In this document: piece by piece, positions 28,731 to 37,207 of the stretch | How positions within the stretch are numbered: position 1 is the first letter of the stretch | Layout: each line of letters starts with the position of its first letter | IMG/VR virus record: IMGVR_UViG_3300020577_008200 | Coordinates: 9,037-73,036 of that record | From: a virus | Lineage: Duplodnaviria > Caudoviricetes | Length of the DNA: 64,000 bases | Direction: 5' to 3' (one strand) | Program-made: the position numbers and the translations under genes | Notes under the pieces: generated by a model | What the model was told of the DNA's origin: nothing | The model's input: only the letters and a program-made list of their open reading frames with translations | Database searches by the model: none

Positions 28731-30758
28731 CTATTCCCCATTTATCTCTCCTGTTTCAAGTAATTCTTGCACACCCATAATTTTATCTAAACAGCCCAAA
28801 CTTAGAATGTCAAATTTAACTAATCCCATCGCTTCTAAATCATTCATTTCCAAACCAGCAATCATCAGATTATCAGATTTTTTATCGTAGACCATTGGGC
28901 AAACTTCAGCTAAAGTTTCCGGCGAAATTATTATACCGGAAGCATGGGTGCCTTGAGAACGTTTAGTTCCTTCTAGTCTAATAGCTTGTTCAAATAGTTT
29001 GGCTAGTGGCCCGTCCAAACTTCCATCTTCTTTCATAACACACCACTGACTTAGCTCTTTAGCATTATTTTCTAAAGCCCAACCAATGATACTAGCTTCA
29101 CCAGTTTCTTCTCTCATTAACTGCAATTGGTCTATAATTTCAGCTTCTTGTGGAATACATTCTGTAATTCTATTCATTTCCTCAAAACTACAAGCTTCAT
29201 GAACTCGAAGCACATCTTTTAAAGCTCCTCTACCTTGCATACGGCTGAAGGTAATCATTTCAGCTACTTTGTCTGAACCCCATTTTTTTCTAACATATTC
29301 TTTAACTTGAGGACGTTTCATAATAGGAAAATCAGAATCAATGTCTGGTAAAGCTATTCTACCAGGAGAGTTTCTACCGGAATTGTAAAAACGTTCCCAG
29401 AGTAAACCATACTTAATTGGGTCTACCACTTTATCAGTGATACCAATTAAAGAAGAAACCATACTTCCACTACCAGACCCGCGACCGGGAGACATTAAAC
29501 AGCCTAAATCTTTTTTAGCGTAAGAACAATAATCTTGAACAATTAAAAAATAAGTTGCTAAGAAACCTTCAGTAGATTTAATAACGTCTAATTCTTTTTT
29601 AACTCTATCTCCATATTCTTTATGTTGTTCTTTGGGTATATCTTTAACTATAATATCTTTCCAGCCTTTAATAACTAACTCTCTTAAATATTCATCCGGA
29701 GACATTTCTTTAGGACAGGGAAATTTAGGTAAAGAAGGTTTATTAAAGATATCATACTCTTCGCACATTTCAGCTATATTGAGAGTATTTTGAATTTCAT
29801 TAGCTTCGTACAGACCTTCTAATTCTGTGTATTCCGGAACATGATAATTATTAGATTTGAAGAAACGTCCTAAATTAACATTATCTTCCTGACTTAGCTT
29901 ATCTTTAACTTTAGAAAGAGTAGTTTCCATATTATTACAGATAATTACTCTTTGGTCAATAGCATCTTCCTTAGAAGAGTAATGACTATTAGCAGATGCT
30001 ACGCAGTTAGCACCAGTCTTTTTAGAGAGATATCTCATAGCATCAGCTAGAATTTTAGTCGCTGGTAGATTCTTACTATCTAATAGTTCTACCGTAAGAT
30101 AAAAATTCTCTTTACCAAATATATCTTGGTATTTTCCAATTAACTCTATAGAATTTTTAATCCAATTTTCATCTACTAGCATTTTAGCTTCATCATAACT
30201 TTTAGCTTCGTAGGTGTATTTAGATTTTTCTCCAAAGATTGTATTAGCTATATCGGAGCCTAAGTGCCCGCTAAATGCAATTAAATCTTGATAGCCGTTA
30301 AATTTTCCTAAATCTAGGCGAGGTTTTTTATAAAAATTATTTGGGTTATTAGATTTTGAAGTTAAAGAAATGAGAGATTTCCAACCATTTTTATTTTTGG
30401 CTAGAACACACATATTAGAAGTTTTAACATTATCTTTGTCTTGGATTTGAGACGGCTTTGTCGAGAGGGAAAATTCGCAACCAATAATGGGTTTAATTGG
30501 ATTTTTCTTGTATTCCATACAACCATTATTAACACGACATTTTCCTTTACCGCTTTCATGCTCATTCTTCTGTCTTCCACAGGCGCAAGCCTCTTTCATA
30601 GCTTTCATGAAAGGGACGACTGAGGCCACATTAGCATATTCGGTAATGGCTGCCGATTTGTAACCTAGTTTGACTGTACGCTCGGCAATAGCTGATGGCT
30701 TGCTTAGACCAATTTGTAGTGAGTAGTGAGAGTGGCAATGGAGATTAACAAAGTTCAT
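28731..30758 (-). CDS. dnaE: DNA polymerase III alpha, N-terminal piece (PHP + palm/thumb)
   Basis: FVNLHCHSHYS, PGRGSGSGS, LPDIDSDF, HASGIII, GLVKFDILSL. Ends about 20 residues after the third catalytic Asp. Confidence 0.94.
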   Translation of the reverse strand: MNFVNLHCHSHYSLQIGLSKPSAIAERTVKLGYKSAAITEYANVASVVPFMKAMKEACACGRQKNEHESGKGKCRVNNGCMEYKKNPIKPIIGCEFSLSTKPSQIQDKDNVKTSNMCVLAKNKNGWKSLISLTSKSNNPNNFYKKPRLDLGKFNGYQDLIAFSGHLGSDIANTIFGEKSKYTYEAKSYDEAKMLVDENWIKNSIELIGKYQDIFGKENFYLTVELLDSKNLPATKILADAMRYLSKKTGANCVASANSHYSSKEDAIDQRVIICNNMETTLSKVKDKLSQEDNVNLGRFFKSNNYHVPEYTELEGLYEANEIQNTLNIAEMCEEYDIFNKPSLPKFPCPKEMSPDEYLRELVIKGWKDIIVKDIPKEQHKEYGDRVKKELDVIKSTEGFLATYFLIVQDYCSYAKKDLGCLMSPGRGSGSGSMVSSLIGITDKVVDPIKYGLLWERFYNSGRNSPGRIALPDIDSDFPIMKRPQVKEYVRKKWGSDKVAEMITFSRMQGRGALKDVLRVHEACSFEEMNRITECIPQEAEIIDQLQLMREETGEASIIGWALENNAKELSQWCVMKEDGSLDGPLAKLFEQAIRLEGTKRSQGTHASGIIISPETLAEVCPMVYDKKSDNLMIAGLEMNDLEAMGLVKFDILSLGCLDKIMGVQELLETGEINGE

Positions 30759-30923
30759 TAATATTCTCTCACTTATATAACAAATTCACACATGAAAAAC
30801 ATTGACATTTAGTTTTCTTACTACATTTTTGGCAAACGAAGCAGTGATTACCATTATGAGTAATTCGGATGTAGTAGTGGTAGCAAAAGAACTTTTTCCA
30901 AAAGTTCATAAAAGTTTTAAACA

Positions 30924-31094
30924 TTATTCTTCCTCACACTCCGGACAACACATAGTCCCACCATCTTCATCATCGTACACCCAACCGTTTCCTTGACACA
31001 TATCACAGTAACATTCATTAGCGACTTCGTCGCTATTCTCTATATCTATTTTGTCGTCTTTATCATCGTCCATTGCTAGTGCTACTTCTGGCAT
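30924..31094 (-). CDS. Small acidic zinc-ribbon protein (not in the ORF track)
   Basis: MPEVALAMDDDKDDK...CDMCQGNGWVYDDEDGGTMCCPECEEE; TAATG coupling to the next small ORF. Confidence 0.6.
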   Translation of the reverse strand: MPEVALAMDDDKDDKIDIENSDEVANECYCDMCQGNGWVYDDEDGGTMCCPECEEE

Positions 31095-31552
31095 TGTAAT
31101 TCTCCTCTTATCTTCATAATAAGTTTTCCTAAATTATTCTTTCCTACTCCAATTGGACATTGTCCCCACCACACATCATGCCACTGGTTGCCCTCTATAA
31201 TCTCTACATTACCAGTATCAATTAGTTTTTTATGTAGTTTTGGATTTAACTCTTTAGAATATTTTTGGCGAAGACAATATTCCATTACTGTAAGTTTAAT
31301 ATCTTCCCAATCTTCTCTAATATCTTTTTTACGATTTTTATAAAAACGTTTAGCTTCCGTAGGAGTCCCACGAGATATCATATCTCGAAAAACCATATTT
31401 TTAGTTTTGGCGGCTTGGTAAGCATGTTCCACAGTTGGGTATTTATTATAGTCTGGTGAAGGTAGCTCTATAGGAGTTTCACAGTCATGAAAATTTGATA
31501 GCCAAGAATGCTCACCACGAAATTTGATGATATTTCCTAGTTCATCAGTCAT
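31082..31552 (-). CDS. NADAR (YbiA-like) family protein
   Basis: WLSNF...YPTVEHAYQAAK...LRQKY...LIDTG...IEGNQWHDVWWG...GKNNLGKLIMKIR. Confidence 0.92.
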   Translation of the reverse strand: MTDELGNIIKFRGEHSWLSNFHDCETPIELPSPDYNKYPTVEHAYQAAKTKNMVFRDMISRGTPTEAKRFYKNRKKDIREDWEDIKLTVMEYCLRQKYSKELNPKLHKKLIDTGNVEIIEGNQWHDVWWGQCPIGVGKNNLGKLIMKIRGELQCQK

Positions 31553-31768
31553 TTATAAATTCTCAACTTTCTGGGGTATTAAATTACACATTTCAAAACG
31601 AGGTAATTCCGGTTCCGAAACTAACTTTGGCCCATCTATATCTCGCCATCTTAAGTAGCCATTATATAGTGTAGCTCGGTCAAAGTCAACAAAATTCTGT
31701 TCATCTTCGTTCCAAAATTTTTTGTCGTCAAAATAGGCGGAAAGTTTAAAGTAAAATTTTTTGTACAC
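31553..31768 (-). CDS. Small hypothetical protein
   Basis: 71 aa, abutting its neighbours. Confidence 0.5.
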   Translation of the reverse strand: MYKKFYFKLSAYFDDKKFWNEDEQNFVDFDRATLYNGYLRWRDIDGPKLVSEPELPRFEMCNLIPQKVENL

Positions 31769-32011
31769 TTAGAATCCTTCATTTAATACTTTAGTTATAA
31801 ATCTTTTTTCATGTTCATTCCAAGCTTCAAGAATAAATTCATCGCAGGTATTTTTTAGAGTAATCTCCCCATACCATTTGAAAGCATCAGAATTTTCATC
31901 TCTCATTAATTGATTATAAGTTTCCGCTGTAATTACACAAACCTTATCTTTTTTATCACCTTCTAAGAATTTAATTGTATGGTATTTCATTAATATTTTC
32001 CCCAAGTACAA
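31769..32011 (-). CDS. Small hypothetical protein
   Basis: 80 aa; shares a W(Y/K)GE(I/V)TL segment with the upstream ORF. Confidence 0.5.
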   Translation of the reverse strand: MYLGKILMKYHTIKFLEGDKKDKVCVITAETYNQLMRDENSDAFKWYGEITLKNTCDEFILEAWNEHEKRFITKVLNEGF

Positions 32012-32250
32012 TTTGTTAAAAGAATTGGACTTTGGACAGTTTTTGTCTCATTCATCCTTATTTCATCTTCCGTTTCATATACTTCATTTATTACTTCGGT
32101 TGTTAAGGTAACTTCACCTTTCCAAAGAAATGTATGATAACCTTCTTGTGGTTCACCATTAACATAAGAATAGTATTGCTTTTCGGTTAAAGCTAAGTAT
32201 TCCGGGGTGTCATTTTTAGTACAAGCAAATTCTACTAAGTTAAATTTCAT
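31990..32250 (-). CDS. Small hypothetical protein
   Basis: 86 aa; AGGAGA SD. Confidence 0.55.
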   Translation of the reverse strand: MKFNLVEFACTKNDTPEYLALTEKQYYSYVNGEPQEGYHTFLWKGEVTLTTEVINEVYETEDEIRMNETKTVQSPILLTNCTWGKY

Positions 32251-32254
32251 AGTT

Positions 32255-32365
32255 CTATCTCCTATTCATATACTCATTAATGACAGCTTTTTGAAGTATA
32301 TATTTTGCTAGACCAGCCGTGACTTGTTCCAAGTCTTTATCTGAAAGTTCATCCTGATTATTCAT
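32255..32365 (-). CDS. 36-aa peptide with a double-glycine-type leader (not in the ORF track)
   Basis: Reads MNNQDELSDKDLEQVTAG-LAKYILQKAVINEYMNRR. AGGA SD; exactly fills the intergenic gap. Confidence 0.65.
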   Translation of the reverse strand: MNNQDELSDKDLEQVTAGLAKYILQKAVINEYMNRR

Positions 32366-32367
32366 AT

Positions 32368-33459
32368 TTATCCTAAATGCTCAATAGTTAATTGGGACCA
32401 GCTCTCAAATTGCTCTACATGCTCTAGAAGCCAATCATAATCGAACCAGCTTCCTTTGTCAAGAGCTTCGTCATGAAAATTCAAAATTGAATCGCAATTG
32501 ACTTCAATTAAGTGTATTACTCCAAAATGCACTCGTCCCACAGCGTTAGAATTATCGTAAATTAAGCCGAGAACTTTATTGTCAATAGAATATTTTTCAC
32601 CCGTGTTTCCATTAATTCCATTTAAATCAAAATCTACTTCTTCTTTAAGTTCTCTAATCATTCCCGCCTCATAAGAAGCTCCCGGCTCACCATCGCATGG
32701 ATTTAAATGTCCACCCACTCCTAAACTATATTTATCATGTAGCCGTGATTCTCCACCCTTCTTAGTTCTCTTATAGACTAAGAAATTTTTACCACATTTA
32801 AAAACACAGTAAGGGATTAATTGAAGAAAATTTTCATTCGTCTCCGCTTCATCTCTATCCATATAAGTTAGAGAAGAAAGGAAGATTGGATTTTGCAGGA
32901 AAGGCACCCCATCACAAAAAGACTCAGAGGGAGAGGAAGGTGGATAAGGCAACTGGCTTGATGAGCCTTCGGAGTTTTGTTGTGGGCGATTGCCTTCTCT
33001 GCTTATATTTGTCGTACAAACTCCGGTGAAGGCACCAAGTTTTTCAAACACGCTGCGGGGAAACACAAGAACTTTCTCTTTTTCTGGCATATCATTTATC
33101 TCTTTAAGTTTATTGGAAAATTTTTCTACTATTTTTCTAGGTAAGATAGATTCGTTAGTTAACCACGCCGGTACATAATCTTTTGCATCTTGTAATAATA
33201 TTCCTCCTGTTGCCGGTGGAGTTTGATACTGTTGGCTTTTATAGATAATCCGAATTGGTTCACCTTCCATATTAACCTCTGGTATTGGATACGGATATTG
33301 ATTCGGAATACTGTGTCCGTATTCTTCTTCTTTAGCTTTAAGAAGTCTCTTAAATTCTTTCATTACTTCCGAGTTTTCATTCTTCTTCGGCTCTTTTGAA
33401 GAATATTTTGAAGGAACGTGTTTTTGAAAAGCATCTATCGCCTCTTTAGGCCAACACAT
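32368..33459 (-). CDS. Nudix-family phosphoesterase (YmaB/COG4112-like) with an N-terminal extension and an internal low-complexity insertion
   Basis: EKVLVFPR...MDRDEAETNENFLQLIPY...GESRLHDKYSLGVGGHLN...RELKEEV...VGRVHFG...FESWSQ. Confidence 0.82.
   Translation of the reverse strand: MCWPKEAIDAFQKHVPSKYSSKEPKKNENSEVMKEFKRLLKAKEEEYGHSIPNQYPYPIPEVNMEGEPIRIIYKSQQYQTPPATGGILLQDAKDYVPAWLTNESILPRKIVEKFSNKLKEINDMPEKEKVLVFPRSVFEKLGAFTGVCTTNISREGNRPQQNSEGSSSQLPYPPSSPSESFCDGVPFLQNPIFLSSLTYMDRDEAETNENFLQLIPYCVFKCGKNFLVYKRTKKGGESRLHDKYSLGVGGHLNPCDGEPGASYEAGMIRELKEEVDFDLNGINGNTGEKYSIDNKVLGLIYDNSNAVGRVHFGVIHLIEVNCDSILNFHDEALDKGSWFDYDWLLEHVEQFESWSQLTIEHLG
32892..33005. repeat. Convergent motif pair bracketing an in-frame insertion in the Nudix gene
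   Basis: TTTGCAGGAAAGGCA ... TGCCTTCTCTGCTTA. Confidence 0.8.
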
Positions 33460-33661
33460 AAGCTTCGCTTTCTAAAAAGTCTGCAAGTTTATTTCTAGCT
33501 TGGTCTAATAAATTTACAGTTTCGGTTAACGTTATATGGCACCCTAAAGCTTCTACCATAGCAATACATTTTCTAATTTCATTTTCTTCTTTAGTAGTTT
33601 CATTTAAGTCTTGCCGTCTATTCCAGCCATATTTACTTAATTTTGGTAATGGTTTTCTCAT
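33446..33661 (-). CDS. Small hypothetical protein
   Basis: 71-aa ORF. Confidence 0.5.
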   Translation of the reverse strand: MRKPLPKLSKYGWNRRQDLNETTKEENEIRKCIAMVEALGCHITLTETVNLLDQARNKLADFLESEAYVLA

Positions 33662-33852
33662 TTATTCCTTATTAATTTTCTCTAATAATCTATCTGTTAA
33701 CATTCTCATTCCTATATCGTTCATTCTCTTAATCATTAGTTTAAATTCTATTTCATCCCAAACTAATTGACGAAGCTTTCTAGCAGATTCTTCAGTAGTC
33801 ATATATCTTTCCAGTTTCGTTTATAAGCAAACATTGGAATATAATTATTCAT

Positions 33853-34338
33853 TTATTTAACCATAAATACATAAGCTAAGTTAATATAAAGTTGACTCGC
33901 CTCATCTTCAGAAATGTTATATGTTCTGCTATGAATAGTAGTTTCATCATCCAAACCTTCTTCATTAATCCATTTTTTACCTTCAACTACAGCTAAATTA
34001 ATATTTTTCATCTTAAAATTTTTAATAAAGAAATAGTAACCTTTGTCTGTTTTGTGCCAGTACAACTTAGTTCCTTTTAAATTAGGAAGTCCGCAAAATA
34101 AATTGGCATTACACTCTTCTAGTTTCCAATCTCTTTGTCTTAGTTTATTTTTTAAAGCTGCTTCGACCTCTTTTTGAGTTCTTAAAAAGAAATTTTCTTT
34201 TTCTGTTAAGAGTTCTCCATCAAAAACTACTTCTTTTTTAATTTCTTTAGGTTTACTAGTACAACTGCAACCAAATAAACTTCCTAGCCCTAATAAAGCG
34301 AAGCCTCTTCTATCCATTATTATTTCTCCATGTTTCAA
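33853..34338 (-). CDS. Hypothetical protein, possible Tat/lipoprotein signal
   Basis: MDRRGFALLGLGSLFGC. Confidence 0.5.
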   Translation of the reverse strand: MKHGEIIMDRRGFALLGLGSLFGCSCTSKPKEIKKEVVFDGELLTEKENFFLRTQKEVEAALKNKLRQRDWKLEECNANLFCGLPNLKGTKLYWHKTDKGYYFFIKNFKMKNINLAVVEGKKWINEEGLDDETTIHSRTYNISEDEASQLYINLAYVFMVK

Positions 34339-34822
34339 ACCAATAATTATCTTGATTTACATTAGTGTCGTAGACACACATTTCTAACTCTAAACTTTGA
34401 TTCATGCACCAATATTTAAAGAGTTCTAATTCTTTATATTCTCTAAGTGTACATATCATTTTTCCACTTTTAACATTACGACTCATTGGCCAAATAGGAG
34501 GCATAATTTCTAATGGGAACAAAGGTGGGAAGTGAGACTCAACATAAACTGTGTCTTTTAAATACTGTTCGTACCACGGACATTCAATTTTCACTCGTGT
34601 TACATTACAAGGTAAGAGTTGATTTACAAGTTTATCTACATATTTTTTACAACTGAGATAGTTCTCACTTTGGTGAACTATCGAAGTCATATGTTCGGTT
34701 GTAATAATTTCTTTTTTTGGATTTAGAAGTTCTATTTCAATAGTTTTTATTCCAAGTTGTCTTCCGACTTCGTGGATATATTTATTGCCGGTAATATGAA
34801 TCTCAAAAATTTCCATTAGCAC
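34310..34822 (-). CDS. Hypothetical protein
   Basis: 170 aa; FEIHIT...RVKIE. Confidence 0.55.
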   Translation of the reverse strand: MLMEIFEIHITGNKYIHEVGRQLGIKTIEIELLNPKKEIITTEHMTSIVHQSENYLSCKKYVDKLVNQLLPCNVTRVKIECPWYEQYLKDTVYVESHFPPLFPLEIMPPIWPMSRNVKSGKMICTLREYKELELFKYWCMNQSLELEMCVYDTNVNQDNYWFETWRNNNG

Positions 34823-35028
34823 GCTCCAACAATAACTTTTCCATTATTTACTCCGTAGTTCCACAATAAATTCAGCTATTTCTTTAGCTGTACTTGCCAA
34901 CATTTTTCTTGGAGGATTTATTAATGTGTTCCGAAATATTCTAATTAAATCTATTTCTTTTATCTTTTTTTGATTATCCATTAACGCAATTCTTTTCATT
35001 AATTCTGTCATTTTATCTGGCTTTCTTC

Positions 35029-35057
35029 ATTTTACATGTGTAAATATACTTTGTCAA
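35029..35057 (-). promoter_or_regulatory. Sigma70 consensus promoter
   Basis: TTGACA-17 nt-TAAAAT, driving a short ORF that starts at 35011. Confidence 0.8.
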
Positions 35058-35080
35058 CCTATTTTTTTGGAGATTTTCAA

Positions 35081-35770
35081 ATGTTTGATTTTACTAATAT
35101 TTATCATTGTTATATACTGGGTTTACTTTGGGGTGATGGTTATGTTTGTAAATATAAACATAGAAATAATTATTATAGTTTAAGATTAGAAACAGAAAAA
35201 CAAGACTCTATTCAATATGAAGAAATTTTTAATTTAGCTAATATCCATTATAGTAAAAATTCTAGGTCTAGACCAAATAGAAAAGAACAGCAGACCATAA
35301 ATATTTCTTCTACTGAAATTTTTAATTTTGTAACTAAATATAAGATGGATGAAAAATCTTTTATTTCTCCAGATTTAATGTTATTAGAAATACCTATTGA
35401 AAATCATCATTATTGGTTTAGAGGTTTCTTTGATGCTGACGGCTGTTTATATTCTAAAGGAAGCTGTACGCAACTATATTTTTCTGGTTCTTACACTCAA
35501 GACTGGAATTTTATTGAGATTATGTATAAAAATCTTAATATTAATTATAAAATCCAAAGAATAGAAGGGTCGAAAAGTAGCTATTCTTGCATTAGATTAA
35601 CTAATAGATTAAATATTACTAAAACTTTAAACTATCTTTATAATGGAATCATGTTTGGATTGAGCAGAAAACATAATAAGTTTTTAAATCTACTAGAGAA
35701 ACCACACCATAATCCATATAAGAAAATTAATATTGAAGAAATGAATAATTTAATAAAGACTATGAATTAA
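35081..35770 (+). mobile_element. Free-standing double-motif LAGLIDADG homing endonuclease, antisense to its neighbours
   Basis: YILGLLWGDGYV and WFRGFFDADGC; GGAG SD before the ATG at 35081. Confidence 0.88.
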
Positions 35771-36468
35771 ATTTCAATCACTGTAACTTCTTTCTTATAT
35801 GGCTTATATGATGCGTCTAAATAAGACGCATTTACTATTATTGTAGAGCCACGTTTATATACTCCTCTTCCTTCATGCACATGGCCGCATACATACAACT
35901 TAGGTCGTATTTCTTCAATCTTTTTTAACATGGAGGGTGAACCTACATGTTCTACTTCTGGATATTTCTCTTCATTTTGCCAAGTTCTAGGATAAACTGA
36001 ATCCCCATAACCGTATGCTGGCCCGTGACACACAATTACATCAGTATCTTTGGGAATTAGTTCCCATTTTTTAGCTAAATCAGGTTCATCTAAATTGAAG
36101 GCCCAATTATAAAATGTTAATTGGTGAGGAGTTCCCCAGATTTTAATACCATCTATGGTAATAGAACTATCCTGTAAATAGTATATCTCGTGAGGTTTAG
36201 TAAGCATCGGATTTCTTAGGTAACTAAAATCTAATCCCTTTTCCAAAACCCAATCGTGGTTCCCGCCGATAAATATGATAGCTCTGTATTTACTTTCTAG
36301 TTTTTTGAGATATGGCATAAACATATGATGTATCCATTGTTGTTGAAAACTAATAGAATGGTCATAAGTTGGGCAAATATCGCCTGAGTGGAGTAAAATG
36401 TCTCCATCTGGTAAGTCAGTAGGAAGAAACCCGTGGGTATCACTAATGCAAACGAATTTGGTAGTCAT
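35767..36468 (-). CDS. Calcineurin-like metallophosphoesterase
   Basis: ISDTHG, HSGDI, GGNHD, CHGP, CGHVHE. Confidence 0.92.
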   Translation of the reverse strand: MTTKFVCISDTHGFLPTDLPDGDILLHSGDICPTYDHSISFQQQWIHHMFMPYLKKLESKYRAIIFIGGNHDWVLEKGLDFSYLRNPMLTKPHEIYYLQDSSITIDGIKIWGTPHQLTFYNWAFNLDEPDLAKKWELIPKDTDVIVCHGPAYGYGDSVYPRTWQNEEKYPEVEHVGSPSMLKKIEEIRPKLYVCGHVHEGRGVYKRGSTIIVNASYLDASYKPYKKEVTVIEI

Positions 36469-36489
36469 TGTATTCCTTGATAGTGAGCG

Positions 36490-36894
36490 TTAGCGAACTA
36501 TCTCCCCTTCTGGGGAAATAATTCTATAAACTGTCCCTGGGTCTCGATGTTCTTCCACATATTTTTTAGCCTGTTGAAAGGTTCCAAATTCTAGATTTCC
36601 ATCGTGTCCAGAGTAATCTGGAATGAAATTTGGGCCTTCATCTTGAAGTTCATAAAGAATTCGGAAACTATTTCCAGTAGCGTAACCTAAACTTGGGGCA
36701 AATTTATTTTTTAACCAAAATTGCCCAGTTCTGACCATTCCACTATCGTTAGCTAAAATTTTAGGCATCCCTTTGTTTTCTATAGGAAAACTTAATAGCT
36801 CTTTTAATTCATCCAATTGTTCTTGTAATGAAGCTAATTCGTTTTCTAAACGTTCTTTTAGAGCTAGTAAATACTTTTTGTACTTATCGTTCAT
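36490..36894 (-). CDS. Hypothetical protein
   Basis: 134 aa; coiled-coil N-terminus. Confidence 0.55.
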   Translation of the reverse strand: MNDKYKKYLLALKERLENELASLQEQLDELKELLSFPIENKGMPKILANDSGMVRTGQFWLKNKFAPSLGYATGNSFRILYELQDEGPNFIPDYSGHDGNLEFGTFQQAKKYVEEHRDPGTVYRIISPEGEIVR

Positions 36895-36907
36895 TTAAAC
36901 TCCAATC

Positions 36908-37207
36908 TTAGTTTTGACCATATAAACGTTTCCTTAATTCTTCCTTATCTATAGGTAACCAGCCAGCATAAGAAGAATTAAACTTCATTGCAATAATTCT
37001 CACTTTACCACCTAGTCTATTAAAACGGGCTTCATGTTTTTCCGCATCTTCTAAGCTATGCATATCAAAACTAATTTCTTCTCCATGTTGGTCTATTCCC
37101 TCAACACACCAAATAAATTCTGGAAAGTTTTTAGTGAATTTAGACTTATTTTCCTTCATTAGCTCTTCCCGCACCATAACCATAAGCATCGAATGATGAT
37201 TTAGCAC
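36908..37207 (-). CDS. Hypothetical protein (true start probably downstream)
   Basis: ORF track entry. Confidence 0.45.
   Translation of the reverse strand: MLNHHSMLMVMVREELMKENKSKFTKNFPEFIWCVEGIDQHGEEISFDMHSLEDAEKHEARFNRLGGKVRIIAMKFNSSYAGWLPIDKEELRKRLYGQN

Noticed and set aside
28731-28800. Split intein joining the DnaE pieces
   Set aside because: There is no Cys-initiated IntN after the N-piece and no IntC ending in HN/SN before the middle piece.
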